Shown piece after piece: positions 25,800-25,954 of a stretch of 25,954 nucleotides of DNA (the first letter of the stretch is position 1; each line of letters starts with the position of its first letter). The translations under genes were made by a program, and so were the position numbers. This DNA is from Promethearchaeota archaeon. Lineage in GTDB: Archaea > Asgardarchaeota > Lokiarchaeia > Sigyniarchaeales > SOKP01. The notes beneath the pieces were generated by a model that saw nothing but the letters and a program-made list of their open reading frames with translations, had not been told where the DNA came from and did no database searches. The stretch lies in contig JBHLMP010000048.1 of assembly GCA_048938025.1 (NCBI GenBank), forward strand, positions 1-25,954. Direction: 5' to 3'.

Positions 25800-25954
25800 T
25801 TAAGAGAGGTAAATTATCTCTGAAAAATATGGGAAAATCTTTTTCAAAATATTTAAATAATAAATTATTGGAATTAATATTGGAATTAATATTAAAAATG
25901 TTTGAATCATAAATTCTAATAAAATCAAACTAAAAAAAAAAAGAAAGTCTATTT
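25800..25954 (-). CDS. Possible 3' end of a hydrophobic/membrane protein entering from the right edge
   Basis: One frame is open from the edge for 50 codons (IDFLFFFSLILLEFMIQTFLILIPILIPIIYYLNILKKIFPYFSEIIYLS*). No motif; could be chance or a gene relic. Confidence 0.3.
   Translation of the reverse strand, partial: IDFLFFFSLILLEFMIQTFLILIPILIPIIYYLNILKKIFPYFSEIIYLS

Noticed and set aside
25866-25893. 12-bp tandem repeat TATTGGAATTAA x2.3
   Set aside because: Only two copies, consistent with a simple slippage duplication (ILIP ILIP in the possible edge ORF); no further structure.

Overview
AT-rich archaeal-type DNA, most consistent with an Asgard archaeon (Lokiarchaeia/Promethearchaeota-like). 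This is an inference from GGTG/GGAGGTG ribosome-binding sites, frequent TTG starts, oligo-T terminators, a TM-anchored binding protein and the protein families seen. Housekeeping and metabolic content: a HAAT/liv-type ABC importer (livK-livH-livM-livG, minus strand, running off the left edge), a DapL-like aminotransferase, an AmpG/BT1-like MFS transporter, a DUF134 protein, a 4Fe-4S dicluster protein, and a divergent fadH / crotonase pair. The unexplained part is 4.9-19 kb. It holds (i) a 2745-aa protein made almost entirely of TM helices, with a visible 384-bp (128-aa, about 4-TM) tandem module; (ii) a convergent 680-aa double-anchored, sequon-rich repeat surface protein, bracketed by the giant gene's 3' end and a decayed second copy of that 3' end whose three premature stops are all Trp TGG->TAG; (iii) an intergenic region with four phased GTAAAA repeats and a ~210-nt highly structured candidate RNA (cloverleaf plus alternative helices) ahead of a 61-aa ORF; and (iv) a 346-aa protein that aligns by eye with the Rab/Ras fold, has lost all G-motifs (candidate pseudo-GTPase) and is fused to a Zn ribbon. 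No rRNA, canonical tRNA, CRISPR array, transposase or integrase was seen. All alignments were done by eye; no searches were run.
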